Of a DNA stretch of 64,000 nt, positions 36,973 through 47,009 are shown in pieces. Made by a program: the position numbers and the translations under genes. Within the stretch, counting starts at the first letter, position 1; every line of letters begins with the position of its first letter. This stretch comes from an uncultured Spirochaetota bacterium. Its GTDB lineage: Bacteria; Spirochaetota; Brevinematia; Brevinematales; JAOACQ01. The notes beneath the pieces are model-generated. The model saw only the letters and a list, made by a program, of their open reading frames with translations, searched no databases and had not been told where the DNA came from. The DNA is taken from positions 224,001-288,000 of the forward strand of contig CAWIGG010000004.1 in the NCBI GenBank assembly GCA_963835575.1, written 5' to 3'.

Positions 36973-38277
36973 ATGAGGAAAAGTAGTCTGTTATCAGTTC
37001 TTTTGGCTCTAGTTGCAGTTGTGTTGATTGCAAGTGTTTCTTTCTCAGCAGTGAAACCTTACAACGGCGAAAAAGTGAACCTCACTATTGCCGTTTTCCC
37101 CAGCCTTGATGTCGCTTACAATGCTCTGCTGCCTGATTTTAATAAGAAATTCCCCAACATCACGGCAGAAGTGAAAGCTCTCGGTTACGGCGACCATCAC
37201 AACAACCTAATCACCGTTATCGCAGCCGGTAAAGGTGCTCCGGATGTTGCAGTTATCGAAATTGGTTTTATTGCACAGCTTGGCGCAGGCGGCGGATTCG
37301 AAAACTTATTAAAGGAGCCTTATAATGCCGGCCAGTACAAGAAGAATTTTACGCCTTACAAATGGGCCCAGGCTTCCACCAGTCCGACCGAACTTGTCGC
37401 TCTTCCTGTTGATATCGCTCCCGGATGCGCATTTATTTATCAGCCCAGCTGGACTTTAAAGAAAATCAATCCATCTAAAATCGCCACTATGGCTGATCTT
37501 CTTGAAGCCGGCAAAAAATTGACGTTTGATGCCAACAAAGACGGAAAAGTTGACCATTGGCTGTTGTCTCATGCTCAATATATTTTCAATATGATCTTCT
37601 GGTCTGACAAGCAGAGATATTTTGACAAAGATGGAAGACCCGCTCTCAATACTCCCAGAATCAAGACCGCTTTCGAATGGGCAAAGAAGTTCAGAGACGT
37701 CGGCCTTGATGCCAAAATCAACGACTGGTCCAACGAATGGTATGCTATGTTCAAAGAAGGTACAGCAGCTTATGTTCCTTCCGGCGCATGGCTTTGCGGC
37801 CATTTAAAATCATGGATCGCTCCTGATCAGAAAGGTAAATACAGAGTAGCTCTTCTTCCCGCTTTAAACAAAGGAGAAAAGCGTATGATGTTAAGCCAGG
37901 GCGGCTCTTTCCTTGCTATTCCTTCCCAGATTGAAGATGTAAATAAGGCAGCCGCATGGGAATTCATCAAATTTGCCTGCACAGAAGTAAAATCCCAGGT
38001 TATTTCCTTTGAAAAAGCCGACGCTTTCCCGGCCTGGATGCCTGCATGGCAGGACAAGATGTTCTCAGAAGGCGTTGACTATCTCGGCAACCAGAAAGCA
38101 AGATTATTGTGGATTGAAATCGCAAAAGCTATTCCCGAAGTTTATGTCAATCCAAAAGACAGTTTGGCCCAGAGTATTCTGACAACAGCTCTGTTCGATT
38201 GTCTTGATGGAAAGAAAGAAATCGCACCATCTTTAGTCGATGCTCAGAAAGAACTTGAAACAAAGATGAACCAATAA
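36973..38277 (+). CDS. Carbohydrate ABC transporter substrate-binding protein
   Basis: Signal peptide; AAGKGAPDVA, ALPVDIAP, GAWL, GGSFLAIP, AAWEFIKF. Confidence 0.9.
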   Translation: MRKSSLLSVLLALVAVVLIASVSFSAVKPYNGEKVNLTIAVFPSLDVAYNALLPDFNKKFPNITAEVKALGYGDHHNNLITVIAAGKGAPDVAVIEIGFIAQLGAGGGFENLLKEPYNAGQYKKNFTPYKWAQASTSPTELVALPVDIAPGCAFIYQPSWTLKKINPSKIATMADLLEAGKKLTFDANKDGKVDHWLLSHAQYIFNMIFWSDKQRYFDKDGRPALNTPRIKTAFEWAKKFRDVGLDAKINDWSNEWYAMFKEGTAAYVPSGAWLCGHLKSWIAPDQKGKYRVALLPALNKGEKRMMLSQGGSFLAIPSQIEDVNKAAAWEFIKFACTEVKSQVISFEKADAFPAWMPAWQDKMFSEGVDYLGNQKARLLWIEIAKAIPEVYVNPKDSLAQSILTTALFDCLDGKKEIAPSLVDAQKELETKMNQ

Positions 38278-38298
38278 TAGCATACAAAATTTAATAGC

Positions 38299-38332
38299 AG
38301 GGTTTGCAGGTTGACACCTGCAAACCCTTTTT
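38299..38332 (+). terminator. Intercistronic hairpin/terminator after the binding-protein gene
   Basis: agggtttgcagg-ttgaca-cctgcaaaccct followed by Ts. Confidence 0.7.
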
Positions 38333-38361
38333 AATATTTAATTTCTCTGGAGGTCATTACA

Positions 38362-39324
38362 ATGGCAACTAAAAAGTCTCTGGCGGTTAAAGGCGGCGGC
38401 GGATGGGGAACAATCGCCAGAAAGTCCGCTCCTTACGTCTTTATTGCCCCATTTTTCATATCGTTCATGATATTTTCCATTTACCCTATAGTGTACTCTT
38501 TTTATCTGAGCCTTGTGAAATGGAACGGTTCGGCCACCAACCTGCCGGATTTTGTGGGCGCTCAAAATTATCTCAATCTGCTTTTGAATGACTCACTTTT
38601 CTGGAAGTCGTTTGTTAACACCCTGGCCATGGCCGTCATCACCGCAATACCTCAGCACACCTTTGCTTTGTTTTTTGCCTTTATATTAAATCAGGGGTTT
38701 GTCAAATTTAAAGATTTCTTTAAAGGCATACTTTTTATGCCTTATGTCACATCCGCAATCGCGATCGGGCTGGTGTTCGGCGTAATCTATGGAAGAACAT
38801 ACGGCCTTTTCAATTACGGTCTGCTGCTTTTAGAAAAAATAGGCATAGTCGGTCCGGGAAATCTATTCCCCATATCCCCGCCTATTTTCTGGATCCGGGA
38901 TTTCTGCTGGCTTGCTATTTCTTCAATATCAATATGGCAATGGACGGGATGGAACGCGATTTTTTATTTTGCCGGACTCCAGGCCATTCCCGACAGCCTT
39001 TATGAAGCGGCCCGTATTGACGGGGCTAACTGGGGCCAGGTGTTCTTTCGCATCACGCTCCCTCTGTTAAGGCCTATCATATTTTTTGCCACAACAATGA
39101 CGATTATCGGGCAGATGCAGCTTTTCAACGAACCGATGATCCTTGTAGGAGGTGTGGACGCGATGCCCACGGTCTCAAACTTGGGCATGACGCTTGCCGT
39201 TTATCTTTATGCCCATGCATTTAAGTGGGGCAATTTCGGAACTGCCGCGGCGCTTTCTTATATTATGTTTGCATTCATCATCATTTTAACGGTTATTAAT
39301 AGAAGAGTCCTGAGAGAAAAATAA
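38362..39324 (+). CDS. Carbohydrate ABC transporter permease
   Basis: AGLQAIP..LYEAARIDGA EAA motif. Confidence 0.92.
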   Translation: MATKKSLAVKGGGGWGTIARKSAPYVFIAPFFISFMIFSIYPIVYSFYLSLVKWNGSATNLPDFVGAQNYLNLLLNDSLFWKSFVNTLAMAVITAIPQHTFALFFAFILNQGFVKFKDFFKGILFMPYVTSAIAIGLVFGVIYGRTYGLFNYGLLLLEKIGIVGPGNLFPISPPIFWIRDFCWLAISSISIWQWTGWNAIFYFAGLQAIPDSLYEAARIDGANWGQVFFRITLPLLRPIIFFATTMTIIGQMQLFNEPMILVGGVDAMPTVSNLGMTLAVYLYAHAFKWGNFGTAAALSYIMFAFIIILTVINRRVLREK

Positions 39325-39342
39325 CAAAGAGGTTTATGAAAT

Positions 39343-40260
39343 ATGGCGCATCTTAAAGAAACAGCTCAATCTAAAATTATACAGAAAGATCTGGCGGGCA
39401 GTCTTCATGTCAAACAGAATCCGGCCAGGATGTTTTTCAGGCTTTTATTGATGTATTCTCCTCTGATTATATGGACGATTATTACTATCTACCCATTCTG
39501 GTATATGATAGTCGTGGCCGGTAAAAGCCAGGACCAGATTTTTTCCTTCCCGCCGCCCATGTCCATCGGAAAGGATTATATAATCCAGTTCTTGAGTAAT
39601 TATCATAACTTGCTTGAAAGAATCCCCTTCTGGCGGAATTTGTGGAACAGCTTTTATATTTCTGCCATGGTCACTATCCTTTCGATCTTTTTCTGCTCTC
39701 TCGGCGGTTACGGCTTCGCGATGTATAATTTTAAAGGAAAAAATATCCTTTTCAGCTTTATGCTCATCACGATGATGATCCCGCCGCTGATCGGTATTGT
39801 GCCCTATTTTCTTATGATGAAAGCTTTCGGCTGGTATAATACGGCAAAAGCCATCTATATACCCGGCATCGCCAACGCTTTCGGTATTTTCCTTATGCGC
39901 CAGTACATTGAGGCCGCTATTCCCCTCGATCTTGTCGACGCGGCCCGCGTGGACGGAGGAACCGAGTTCTCCATTTACTGGAAGATCGTTTTTCCTTTGA
40001 TCGCGCCGGTGATCGGTTCTTTCGGCATCATTACTTTCCTGGGCAGCTGGAACAATTTTTTGGCCCCGCTTATTATTTTTAACTCGAAGGAAACCTATAC
40101 CATTCCCGTCTCTCTTAACGCGCTCAGAGGGCTTCAAAGCGTAGACTACGGCGGAATCATGGTCGGGACCTGTATTTCAGTTCTGCCTTTGATATTTGTA
40201 TTTATCCTGATGTCAAGGCTTATCATTTCCAAAGTGACAGAAGGCGCTTTAAAGGGGTAA
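39343..40260 (+). CDS. Carbohydrate ABC transporter permease
   Basis: IFLMRQY, DAARVDG, WNNFL.P, EGALKG. Confidence 0.92.
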   Translation: MAHLKETAQSKIIQKDLAGSLHVKQNPARMFFRLLLMYSPLIIWTIITIYPFWYMIVVAGKSQDQIFSFPPPMSIGKDYIIQFLSNYHNLLERIPFWRNLWNSFYISAMVTILSIFFCSLGGYGFAMYNFKGKNILFSFMLITMMIPPLIGIVPYFLMMKAFGWYNTAKAIYIPGIANAFGIFLMRQYIEAAIPLDLVDAARVDGGTEFSIYWKIVFPLIAPVIGSFGIITFLGSWNNFLAPLIIFNSKETYTIPVSLNALRGLQSVDYGGIMVGTCISVLPLIFVFILMSRLIISKVTEGALKG

Positions 40261-40293
40261 AAAATACCCTGTAAATTCAATTTTTTTGTATAG

Positions 40294-40323
40294 AAAAACC
40301 CCGCTTTATAAGCGGGGTTTTTT
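40294..40323. terminator. Bidirectional intrinsic terminator
   Basis: aaaaaccccgct-ttata-agcggggtttttt between convergent genes. Confidence 0.85.
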
Positions 40324-40343
40324 ATTGCATAATTAAAAGTAAC

Positions 40344-41129
40344 TCATACCTTTCTTGCATACACCTCGAAAGTATCACCCAGACGCAAAGCTTTCTGAAT
40401 CATTCTTATCATAAGCCAATCCGGCAGTTTTATCCTTTCCGGATGAAGTCCGAAAAACTCAATTCTTTCTATTCTAAAGCCGTTTTCTTTCAGAAGTGTT
40501 TTTATTCCTTCCGGAGAAGGCTCAAAATAGTGCTCTTCAGGCCTCTTTTTAAAATAATCCTTTTTATTGAATAATGCATAGGCGCCGGCGGCGTTCGGCA
40601 CAGCCAGGGCCAAAATTCCATTTTTATTCAGCAGTTTTACCGCTTTCTTTATCCAGGATCGCGGGTCCTCCATATGCTCAAGACAATACCAGAGCGTCAC
40701 GGCGTTAAACCTTTCATTAATTTTTTCAATGCCGCTGTAACTGGAAATATTGAATCTCTTCTTCGCGAAATCCCTGGCGTATTTTGATATCTCAACGCCT
40801 TTTGAATGAAAGCCCTGAAGTTTCGCCTCGTGACAGAAAATACCCAGGGCAGAACCGATATCCAGATTGCTTTCACCGGATGGCAGTATTTTCCTTAAAA
40901 TCCGCAGCCTTCGTCTTGAAATTATGCGTATACTTTTCTCATCTTCCAGATATGTTTTCCCGTATGCCTTGACATGATTATTTTGAAAATAGTCCTTTTT
41001 GTATTTTTTTGATGACTTACCCTTCCTCTCCTGATAGTTAGACCGGCAATTCAGGCAGAGATGAAGCATGTAAAAACCGCCTTTATAAATAACCTTGTTC
41101 TTTTGATTGCCGCATAGGGGACATTTCAT
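40344..41129 (-). CDS. Class I SAM-dependent methyltransferase with N-terminal Cys cluster
   Basis: CPLC/CLNC, LDIGSALG, GVEIS, LEHMEDP, AVPN; ATG 41129 has GGAG RBS. Confidence 0.85.
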   Translation of the reverse strand: MKCPLCGNQKNKVIYKGGFYMLHLCLNCRSNYQERKGKSSKKYKKDYFQNNHVKAYGKTYLEDEKSIRIISRRRLRILRKILPSGESNLDIGSALGIFCHEAKLQGFHSKGVEISKYARDFAKKRFNISSYSGIEKINERFNAVTLWYCLEHMEDPRSWIKKAVKLLNKNGILALAVPNAAGAYALFNKKDYFKKRPEEHYFEPSPEGIKTLLKENGFRIERIEFFGLHPERIKLPDWLMIRMIQKALRLGDTFEVYARKV

Positions 41130-41315
41130 TTTAACTCCAAAATTTTTCATATAAAGGCACCGTTCGCAAAGGCAACTAAAATTTTCATATTTTGTTTATC
41201 GGTTTTTTATTTTGATATTACCAGCATCTATTTTATATTCATACAATATATTGTTTTATCCTGGTATTAGCCAACTATTTTTTCTTTCCATGCATCGTCT
41301 TTTTTATATTCTTCC

Positions 41316-41870
41316 TTAACGAATTATCAGGAGATTTCCTTTCTCCAGCGGAATTAACTCATACTGCTCCAGTCCCGTTTCTTTCAACTCCTGTTCAAGC
41401 TGCTCTTCCCTGCCCTTTAATAAAAAAAAACTTGTTCTCTCAGGCGCGTGCTTTTCAGACCATTCAACAATGTTTTTCACAGACGAAAAAGCCCGGCTGA
41501 TGATCACGCACTCCTTTTCAAAACGAAAACCCCGGTTCATATCGATCACATCCGCGTTCAGCTTGAGCTTTTTCGTGATGAATTCCAGAAATGCGAGCTT
41601 TTTAGAATCGACATCCGTCAGGTAAAAATGCCTGTCCGGCATGAGAATGCTGAGGGGCACTCCCGGAATCCCGCCGCCGCTTCCTATGTCGATGATGTCA
41701 GGAATATTCTCTTTCTTAAGATATTGATAAAGCGCCAGACAGTCCTTGATGTGGATTTCCTTAAAATCCTTCTCGGTCGACCGACCGATAAGGTTCATGC
41801 CTTTGTTCCATTTGAGGAGTTCTTCGGTGTAGATCTTCAGCTGAAGATCGGCCCTGGTTTTGTTGTCCAT
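41316..41870 (-). CDS. rsmG: 16S rRNA m7G527 methyltransferase RsmG (GidB)
   Basis: LKWNKGMNLIG, HIKDC, DIGSGGGIPG, SRAF, LKG. Confidence 0.88.
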   Translation of the reverse strand: MDNKTRADLQLKIYTEELLKWNKGMNLIGRSTEKDFKEIHIKDCLALYQYLKKENIPDIIDIGSGGGIPGVPLSILMPDRHFYLTDVDSKKLAFLEFITKKLKLNADVIDMNRGFRFEKECVIISRAFSSVKNIVEWSEKHAPERTSFFLLKGREEQLEQELKETGLEQYELIPLEKGNLLIIR

Positions 41871-42100
41871 AATGTCTTCCTGTTGGGTTTATTCTGTCCT
41901 CGGCAATGCGTTTTTGTATGCATATTACTTATATATTACCATATTATTTCAATATTTTACAATTATAGAAAATGTCTATTTTGGACTGGTTGAATTGCAT
42001 TAAAAAAGAAATAAAAAAATAGTGCTTTTATCTAAAATAATATAAAATGTATTTCAAAACTTCAATTATTGATATGATTTTCATATAGAGGGTTAAAAAT

Positions 42101-42601
42101 ATGAAAAAAATTAATAAGGAAAACCGGCTTGTTCAATTTTCAATTGATGGAATCATCATTACAATTGTCATTTTGAACAATATGATCCAGGGCATTGATA
42201 TCAACCTTCTCAAAAAGAACGCTAAAAAAATAAAATGCCCGAGAGCTTTTTTGCCTGTTTACAGGCAGTTCAACGACTATTTGCGGGGGAAAAGGGCTTC
42301 CATCGACATACCGTTGGATTTAAAAAAACTCACACCTTTTCAGAAAATGGTTTATAAGGCGGCCGTTAAGATCCCATATGGTAAGACGGCATCTTATCAG
42401 GATATCGCACTAAAAGTCGGCGGGAAAAAATACGCTAGGGCTGTCGGAATGGCGCTGGGCAGGAACCCATTCCCCATAATCATTCCATGCCACCGTGTTC
42501 TTTCCAAGAACGCCGACAGCCGTCATTTCGGCGGCTTCTCGAGCGGACTTGAACTTAAAAAAAAGCTCTTAATTATGGAAAATCCCAATATCTGGGAATA
42601 A
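42101..42601 (+). CDS. ogt: Methylated-DNA--protein-cysteine methyltransferase
   Basis: TPFQ, IPYG...SY, ARAVG, NP...IIPCHRV. Confidence 0.92.
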   Translation: MKKINKENRLVQFSIDGIIITIVILNNMIQGIDINLLKKNAKKIKCPRAFLPVYRQFNDYLRGKRASIDIPLDLKKLTPFQKMVYKAAVKIPYGKTASYQDIALKVGGKKYARAVGMALGRNPFPIIIPCHRVLSKNADSRHFGGFSSGLELKKKLLIMENPNIWE

Positions 42602-42627
42602 AGAAGAATAAAATTCGGGAGAGTGTT

Positions 42628-43344
42628 GTGTTTGTTTACGGCAGAAATTCAATAGAAGAAGCTCTAATAGATAGAATCCCTCTTAAGAAGATCATCATCG
42701 AACGCGGAAAGGAAATGAAGTTCGAAGGTCTGATCAGAAGGTTGAAGGAGTTGGGAATTCAGGTTTCCTATCAGCACGAAAGCCAGCTGAACCAGCTTTC
42801 CCGCTCTCAGAAGCATCAGGGCATCATCGGCGAGATGGAGCTTCCGGCCAATGTCATCGATGACGAAAATGCAGTCATCGACTGGTCTTCCATGAAAGCG
42901 CTCATAACACTGGACGGCATTACAGACACAGGCAACCTCGGCGCGCTGGTCCGCTCGGCGCTTATGTTTGATTTCGATGCCGTTGTCCTGCCCCGTGATA
43001 ACAGCGCCAGGATAACCCCGCAAACCATAAAAGCTTCCGCCGGGGCCGTTTACCGGCAGAAAATCATCTATATCAACAGCTTGAATAATTTTATGGAAGA
43101 AATAAAGACTGCCGGTTTCTTTATTTTCGGCCTTGCCGGTGAGGCAAAAGATTCCATCAAAGGGCTTGATTTTACGGAAAAAATTTGCTATATTATTGGC
43201 TCTGAAAAAAAAGGTATCCGGAAATCAGTGAAAAAAAAATGCGATAATCTTGTCCGAATACCCACAACAAGAAAAATCAACAGCCTGAACGCTTCCGTCT
43301 CAGGCGCCATTGCCATGTGGGAATATTACCGGAAAAACAGTTAA
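42628..43344 (+). CDS. rlmB: 23S rRNA 2'-O-methyltransferase, TrmH/RlmB family
   Basis: VYGRN, HQG, LDGITDTGNLGALVRSA, IGSE..G, SLNASVS. Confidence 0.82.
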   Translation: MFVYGRNSIEEALIDRIPLKKIIIERGKEMKFEGLIRRLKELGIQVSYQHESQLNQLSRSQKHQGIIGEMELPANVIDDENAVIDWSSMKALITLDGITDTGNLGALVRSALMFDFDAVVLPRDNSARITPQTIKASAGAVYRQKIIYINSLNNFMEEIKTAGFFIFGLAGEAKDSIKGLDFTEKICYIIGSEKKGIRKSVKKKCDNLVRIPTTRKINSLNASVSGAIAMWEYYRKNS

Positions 43345-43424
43345 GAATTTGATTTTTTAAACCGATACTTTGTGCGGTAATTGGGGCTTTTTCGGGGGAA
43401 TTTACATTTCATAAAGGTAACTTT

Positions 43425-45425
43425 ATGAAAAAATTCACTCACAGCAGGCAATTAATGAATCTATCGTTTTTCAAGAACTCAAAAAAGAGACTGTTTTTGT
43501 CTATATTTTTGTGCTATATCTTTGTATCAATTATTGTTGTCTTCTCTTTTTATATTTTTGAGGATAGAACAACACTTCAAAATATTAAAGAGGATTCGGA
43601 TAGAATTTCGCAAAATCTCCGTCAGAACCTTATTTTACCGATCAGAAACCAGGACCTGTCCCTGATCAAAAAGAATCTGATGGCGGAATTTACCCAGAAG
43701 AATATCCAGGGCGCTGTCCTTAAAACCGTCAATTCAATCCAGGGAACAAATATTATCGCTATTATAAAAGAAAAGGATGGAAAGATAGTTGAATTTTCAT
43801 CTCTGGATTTTAGTAATTCCATTCCGATGTTTTCTTATGCCGATAAAAAAGACGTATTAAATGACAATCACTTTGTCGGATCTCTCGAAATTTATTCCAT
43901 GAACCGGCAGAAACAGCAAGGGACTATAAATTTTTCTTTATTACTTTTGGCGGAGCTTCTTATTCTGGGTACGGCGTTAATAGTTCTATTAATTAGAATT
44001 CTCGATAAAAGGATATGGCTTCCTCTGACAAACCTCAATGAAGCCATCATCAGTATTGCCAACAAGAATTTTTACGCCAGGGCAAATCACTATCATCCCA
44101 ATGACGAAATGGGTTTGATATATAAAAATTTTAATAATATGGCTGATACCCTCAAGGATTTTGTAGAGGAATCAACATCCCTTATCTGGACAGACATGGT
44201 GACAAACCTGCCCAACAGGGACAGGATCCTGATCGATATTGAAAGAACCGAAAAACCTTTGCTGATCCTGATCAATATAGATTTTTTCAAGGAAATCAAC
44301 GACTGTTACGGGAACAAGATCGGCGACCTGATATTGAAAGAAACGTCATACCGCCTTCAAAAACTGCAGGAAGAACTGCAATACCAGCTCTACCGGATGC
44401 CTGCCGATGAATTTGCCCTTCTTTTCGATAAAGAAATGGAAAAAGATAAATTGATCGGGATCGTTAAAATGCTCAGCAACATAATCAATGAAAAGCCTTT
44501 TGTATTGAACGGCCATGAGATCAATGTCCGCGTGACGCTCGGTATCGCACGGTGCGGCGACATACAGGATGAGCAGATTACCGAAGGAAAATGGAGAAGG
44601 CTTGCCACCAATGCCGATATGGCCCTGAAGCGCGCAAAACGGCACCAGAAAAACTTTATCATATACGACGAATCTATGGAAATACCTAAAGAATATGAAA
44701 ACAATATTATCTGGAAGCAAAAACTCAAAGACGCCATTCATCATCAGAGGATCATTCCGTTTTTCCAGCCGATTGTCAACAATACAAACGGCAAGGTCGA
44801 AAAATATGAAAGCCTGGTCCGCCTTATCGACAGGCAGGGGTCTGTCATACGGCCTCATCATTTTCTGGACCTGGCTAAAAAATCGCACCTCTATGATAAT
44901 ATCACAAGGGCCATGGTCACAAAATCATTTGCCACTTTTGAAGACCAGAACTATGATTTCTCCATCAACCTGACCGTCAATGACATTCTTGACGAGGAAA
45001 TTAACGGTTTTATAATGAAAGAGCTGGACAGAAATAAAGAACTGGCGGGCCGTGTTGTTTTTGAAATCCTGGAATCGGAAGGCATTGAAAATTATAAAGA
45101 AGTAATGATCTTTATTGAGGAAGTCAAAGACCTCGGCTGTAAAATAGCCATTGATGATTTCGGTTCCGGATACTCCAACTTTGAGCATATCATGCGCCTT
45201 GATGTGGATTATATCAAAATAGATTCCTCTCTGATAAAAAATCTGCCTTACGACAAAAACGCGCAGATAATCACAAAGACCATAGTCAATTTCGCGAAAG
45301 AATTGAAGCTCAAGACCATTTCGGAATTTGTCCATTCCCGAGAAGTATACGAAAAAAGCGTTGAACTCGGTGTCGATTATTCCCAGGGCTACTATTTCGG
45401 CGAACCAAAGGAATTCATTCTCTGA
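43425..45425 (+). CDS. Membrane HAMP-GGDEF-EAL protein, probable c-di-GMP phosphodiesterase
   Basis: Two TM helices, HAMP, degenerate PADEF, ESL, FEILESE, AIDDFGSGYS, IKID, QGYYF. Confidence 0.88.
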   Translation: MKKFTHSRQLMNLSFFKNSKKRLFLSIFLCYIFVSIIVVFSFYIFEDRTTLQNIKEDSDRISQNLRQNLILPIRNQDLSLIKKNLMAEFTQKNIQGAVLKTVNSIQGTNIIAIIKEKDGKIVEFSSLDFSNSIPMFSYADKKDVLNDNHFVGSLEIYSMNRQKQQGTINFSLLLLAELLILGTALIVLLIRILDKRIWLPLTNLNEAIISIANKNFYARANHYHPNDEMGLIYKNFNNMADTLKDFVEESTSLIWTDMVTNLPNRDRILIDIERTEKPLLILINIDFFKEINDCYGNKIGDLILKETSYRLQKLQEELQYQLYRMPADEFALLFDKEMEKDKLIGIVKMLSNIINEKPFVLNGHEINVRVTLGIARCGDIQDEQITEGKWRRLATNADMALKRAKRHQKNFIIYDESMEIPKEYENNIIWKQKLKDAIHHQRIIPFFQPIVNNTNGKVEKYESLVRLIDRQGSVIRPHHFLDLAKKSHLYDNITRAMVTKSFATFEDQNYDFSINLTVNDILDEEINGFIMKELDRNKELAGRVVFEILESEGIENYKEVMIFIEEVKDLGCKIAIDDFGSGYSNFEHIMRLDVDYIKIDSSLIKNLPYDKNAQIITKTIVNFAKELKLKTISEFVHSREVYEKSVELGVDYSQGYYFGEPKEFIL

Positions 45426-45480
45426 AACGAACATTATTTTCATACTCATTCATGTTTAAAGATAATTTGGAAAATTGGGT

Positions 45481-45625
45481 AATCCGCTAATTCACGCGAA
45501 TTGGATCAAATAAAATGAAAATCCGCCGATGCATGCTAAACGCCAAGAAACAAGAATTGAAATAAGGGTAGAATAATAATAAAACATTTTATTAGCGTTC
45601 ATTCGCGTGGCTTCGCGGAAGATTA
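45481..45625. repeat. REP-like palindromic element
   Basis: atccgctaattcacgcgaat ... attagcgttcattcgcgtggcttcgcgga. Confidence 0.5.
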
Positions 45626-45700
45626 AACAGTTATTAAAGCGGAACTACCTTTATTCGCTCGTTAAAAACCTTTTAATAACCATATTGTCATTTCAATAAC

Positions 45701-45729
45701 TTGACAAAATCAAGGTTTTTCCCTAAAAT
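45701..45729 (+). promoter_or_regulatory. sigma70-type promoter of the rpsF operon
   Basis: TTGACA-17 nt-TAAAAT. Confidence 0.7.
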
Positions 45730-45738
45730 CTCTACCTA

Positions 45739-45790
45739 TCCTTCCTGCTACTACGCAGGCGTGCCGTTAGGCAATTAGTCCATAAGGAGG
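45739..45790 (+). promoter_or_regulatory. Probable S6:S18 ribosomal protein leader
   Basis: TCCTT can pair with the AAGGA(GG) RBS, enclosing cctgc-tactac-gcagg and tgcc-gtta-ggca hairpins, directly upstream of rpsF. Confidence 0.55.
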
Positions 45791-45795
45791 AAAAA

Positions 45796-46086
45796 ATGGT
45801 CAGAAAGTATGAGATCGCCTTTGTTATTAAAGAAGGCGAGATCGCCAAAGCAACAGTCGAAAGGATAAAAGAGTACTTTTCAAAACTCAAGGCGAAAGTT
45901 CTGAAAGAAACCGACATGGGTACACGTCAGTTAGCCTATCCGATCCACCGGAACCGGGAAGATTTCAAAAAAGCTTTCTATTTCATCGCGAATGTGGAAA
46001 TGGATACAAAACATATCCCTGAATTTGAACGGCTCATGAAGTTCGATGAAGATGTGATCCGTCATATGCTCCTTGTTGGAGAATAA
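45796..46086 (+). CDS. rpsF: 30S ribosomal protein S6
   Basis: RKYE, G.RQLAYPI, VIRH; rpsF-ssb-rpsR synteny. Confidence 0.95.
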   Translation: MVRKYEIAFVIKEGEIAKATVERIKEYFSKLKAKVLKETDMGTRQLAYPIHRNREDFKKAFYFIANVEMDTKHIPEFERLMKFDEDVIRHMLLVGE

Positions 46087-46087
46087 A

Positions 46088-46576
46088 ATGAGCTGGGATA
46101 TCAATAAAGTTATCCTTGTCGGAAGACTTTCCGGAGACGTCGAACTCAAATATATTCCCAGCGGCACGGCGGTAGCCCGTTTCGGCATTGCGGTCGGCGG
46201 AAAGCCGAAAACCGACGGGGCCGACAGCGTTTCTTTTTTCAATGTTGTTGTCTGGGGCAAACCAGCGGAAAACTGCAGTAATTATCTTTCAAAAGGAAAG
46301 CAGATTGCCCTCGACGGCAGGCTTGAACAGCGCAGCTGGACGGCTCAGGACGGTTCAAAGAGAAGCGTTGTGGAAATCATAGCCGATAGAGTGGAATTTC
46401 TGGGTTCTCCAACGGGCGCGAAAGCAGGGACCGGAGCGGCTCAAAATCAGGGCGCCGCTAAAACTGAAACTGCCACTTTTGAAGATAATTTTTATGATAA
46501 TACTGATTTCAATCCGGCGCCAGTCGATCCTGATTTTAAAACTGAGAGTAATAATAGCGAAGAACCCAATTTCTAA
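46088..46576 (+). CDS. ssb: Single-stranded DNA-binding protein
   Basis: [28 protein letters not shown], acidic tail ending PNF. Confidence 0.95.
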   Translation: MSWDINKVILVGRLSGDVELKYIPSGTAVARFGIAVGGKPKTDGADSVSFFNVVVWGKPAENCSNYLSKGKQIALDGRLEQRSWTAQDGSKRSVVEIIADRVEFLGSPTGAKAGTGAAQNQGAAKTETATFEDNFYDNTDFNPAPVDPDFKTESNNSEEPNF

Positions 46577-46602
46577 TTAAGCAAGAAGAAAGGAGAAAAG
46601 TT

Positions 46603-46998
46603 ATGTCTGAAGAAACAAAGATTGAAAACCCTGATGCGATAGAGCCTGAAGCGGCCGTAGTTCCCGAAATGCCTGAAGCGGCTGTAGCTCCTGATATGCC
46701 TGAACCGGCTGCCATAGATGTAGTGGAAATAAAGAAATTTAAAGAAGGGGCTCCCGCAGGCGGACAGGATAGGAAGAAATTCTTTTATACAAAGAAAGTA
46801 TGCAAATACTGCACACGGCAGATAGAAGAAAAAGCGATCGATTATAAAAACATAGATTTGCTCAAGCGTTATGTTATGCCGAGCGGAAAGATTCTTCCCA
46901 GAAGAATCAGCGGCAACTGCGCGAAGCATCAGAGAAAGATCGTAACGGAAATAAAAAAAGCACGGATTATAGCTTTACTTCCCTTTCTGGACAGATAA
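46603..46998 (+). CDS. rpsR: 30S ribosomal protein S18 with N-terminal extension
   Basis: [37 protein letters not shown]. Confidence 0.95.
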   Translation: MSEETKIENPDAIEPEAAVVPEMPEAAVAPDMPEPAAIDVVEIKKFKEGAPAGGQDRKKFFYTKKVCKYCTRQIEEKAIDYKNIDLLKRYVMPSGKILPRRISGNCAKHQRKIVTEIKKARIIALLPFLDR

Positions 46999-47009
46999 GA
47001 GGGATAAGA

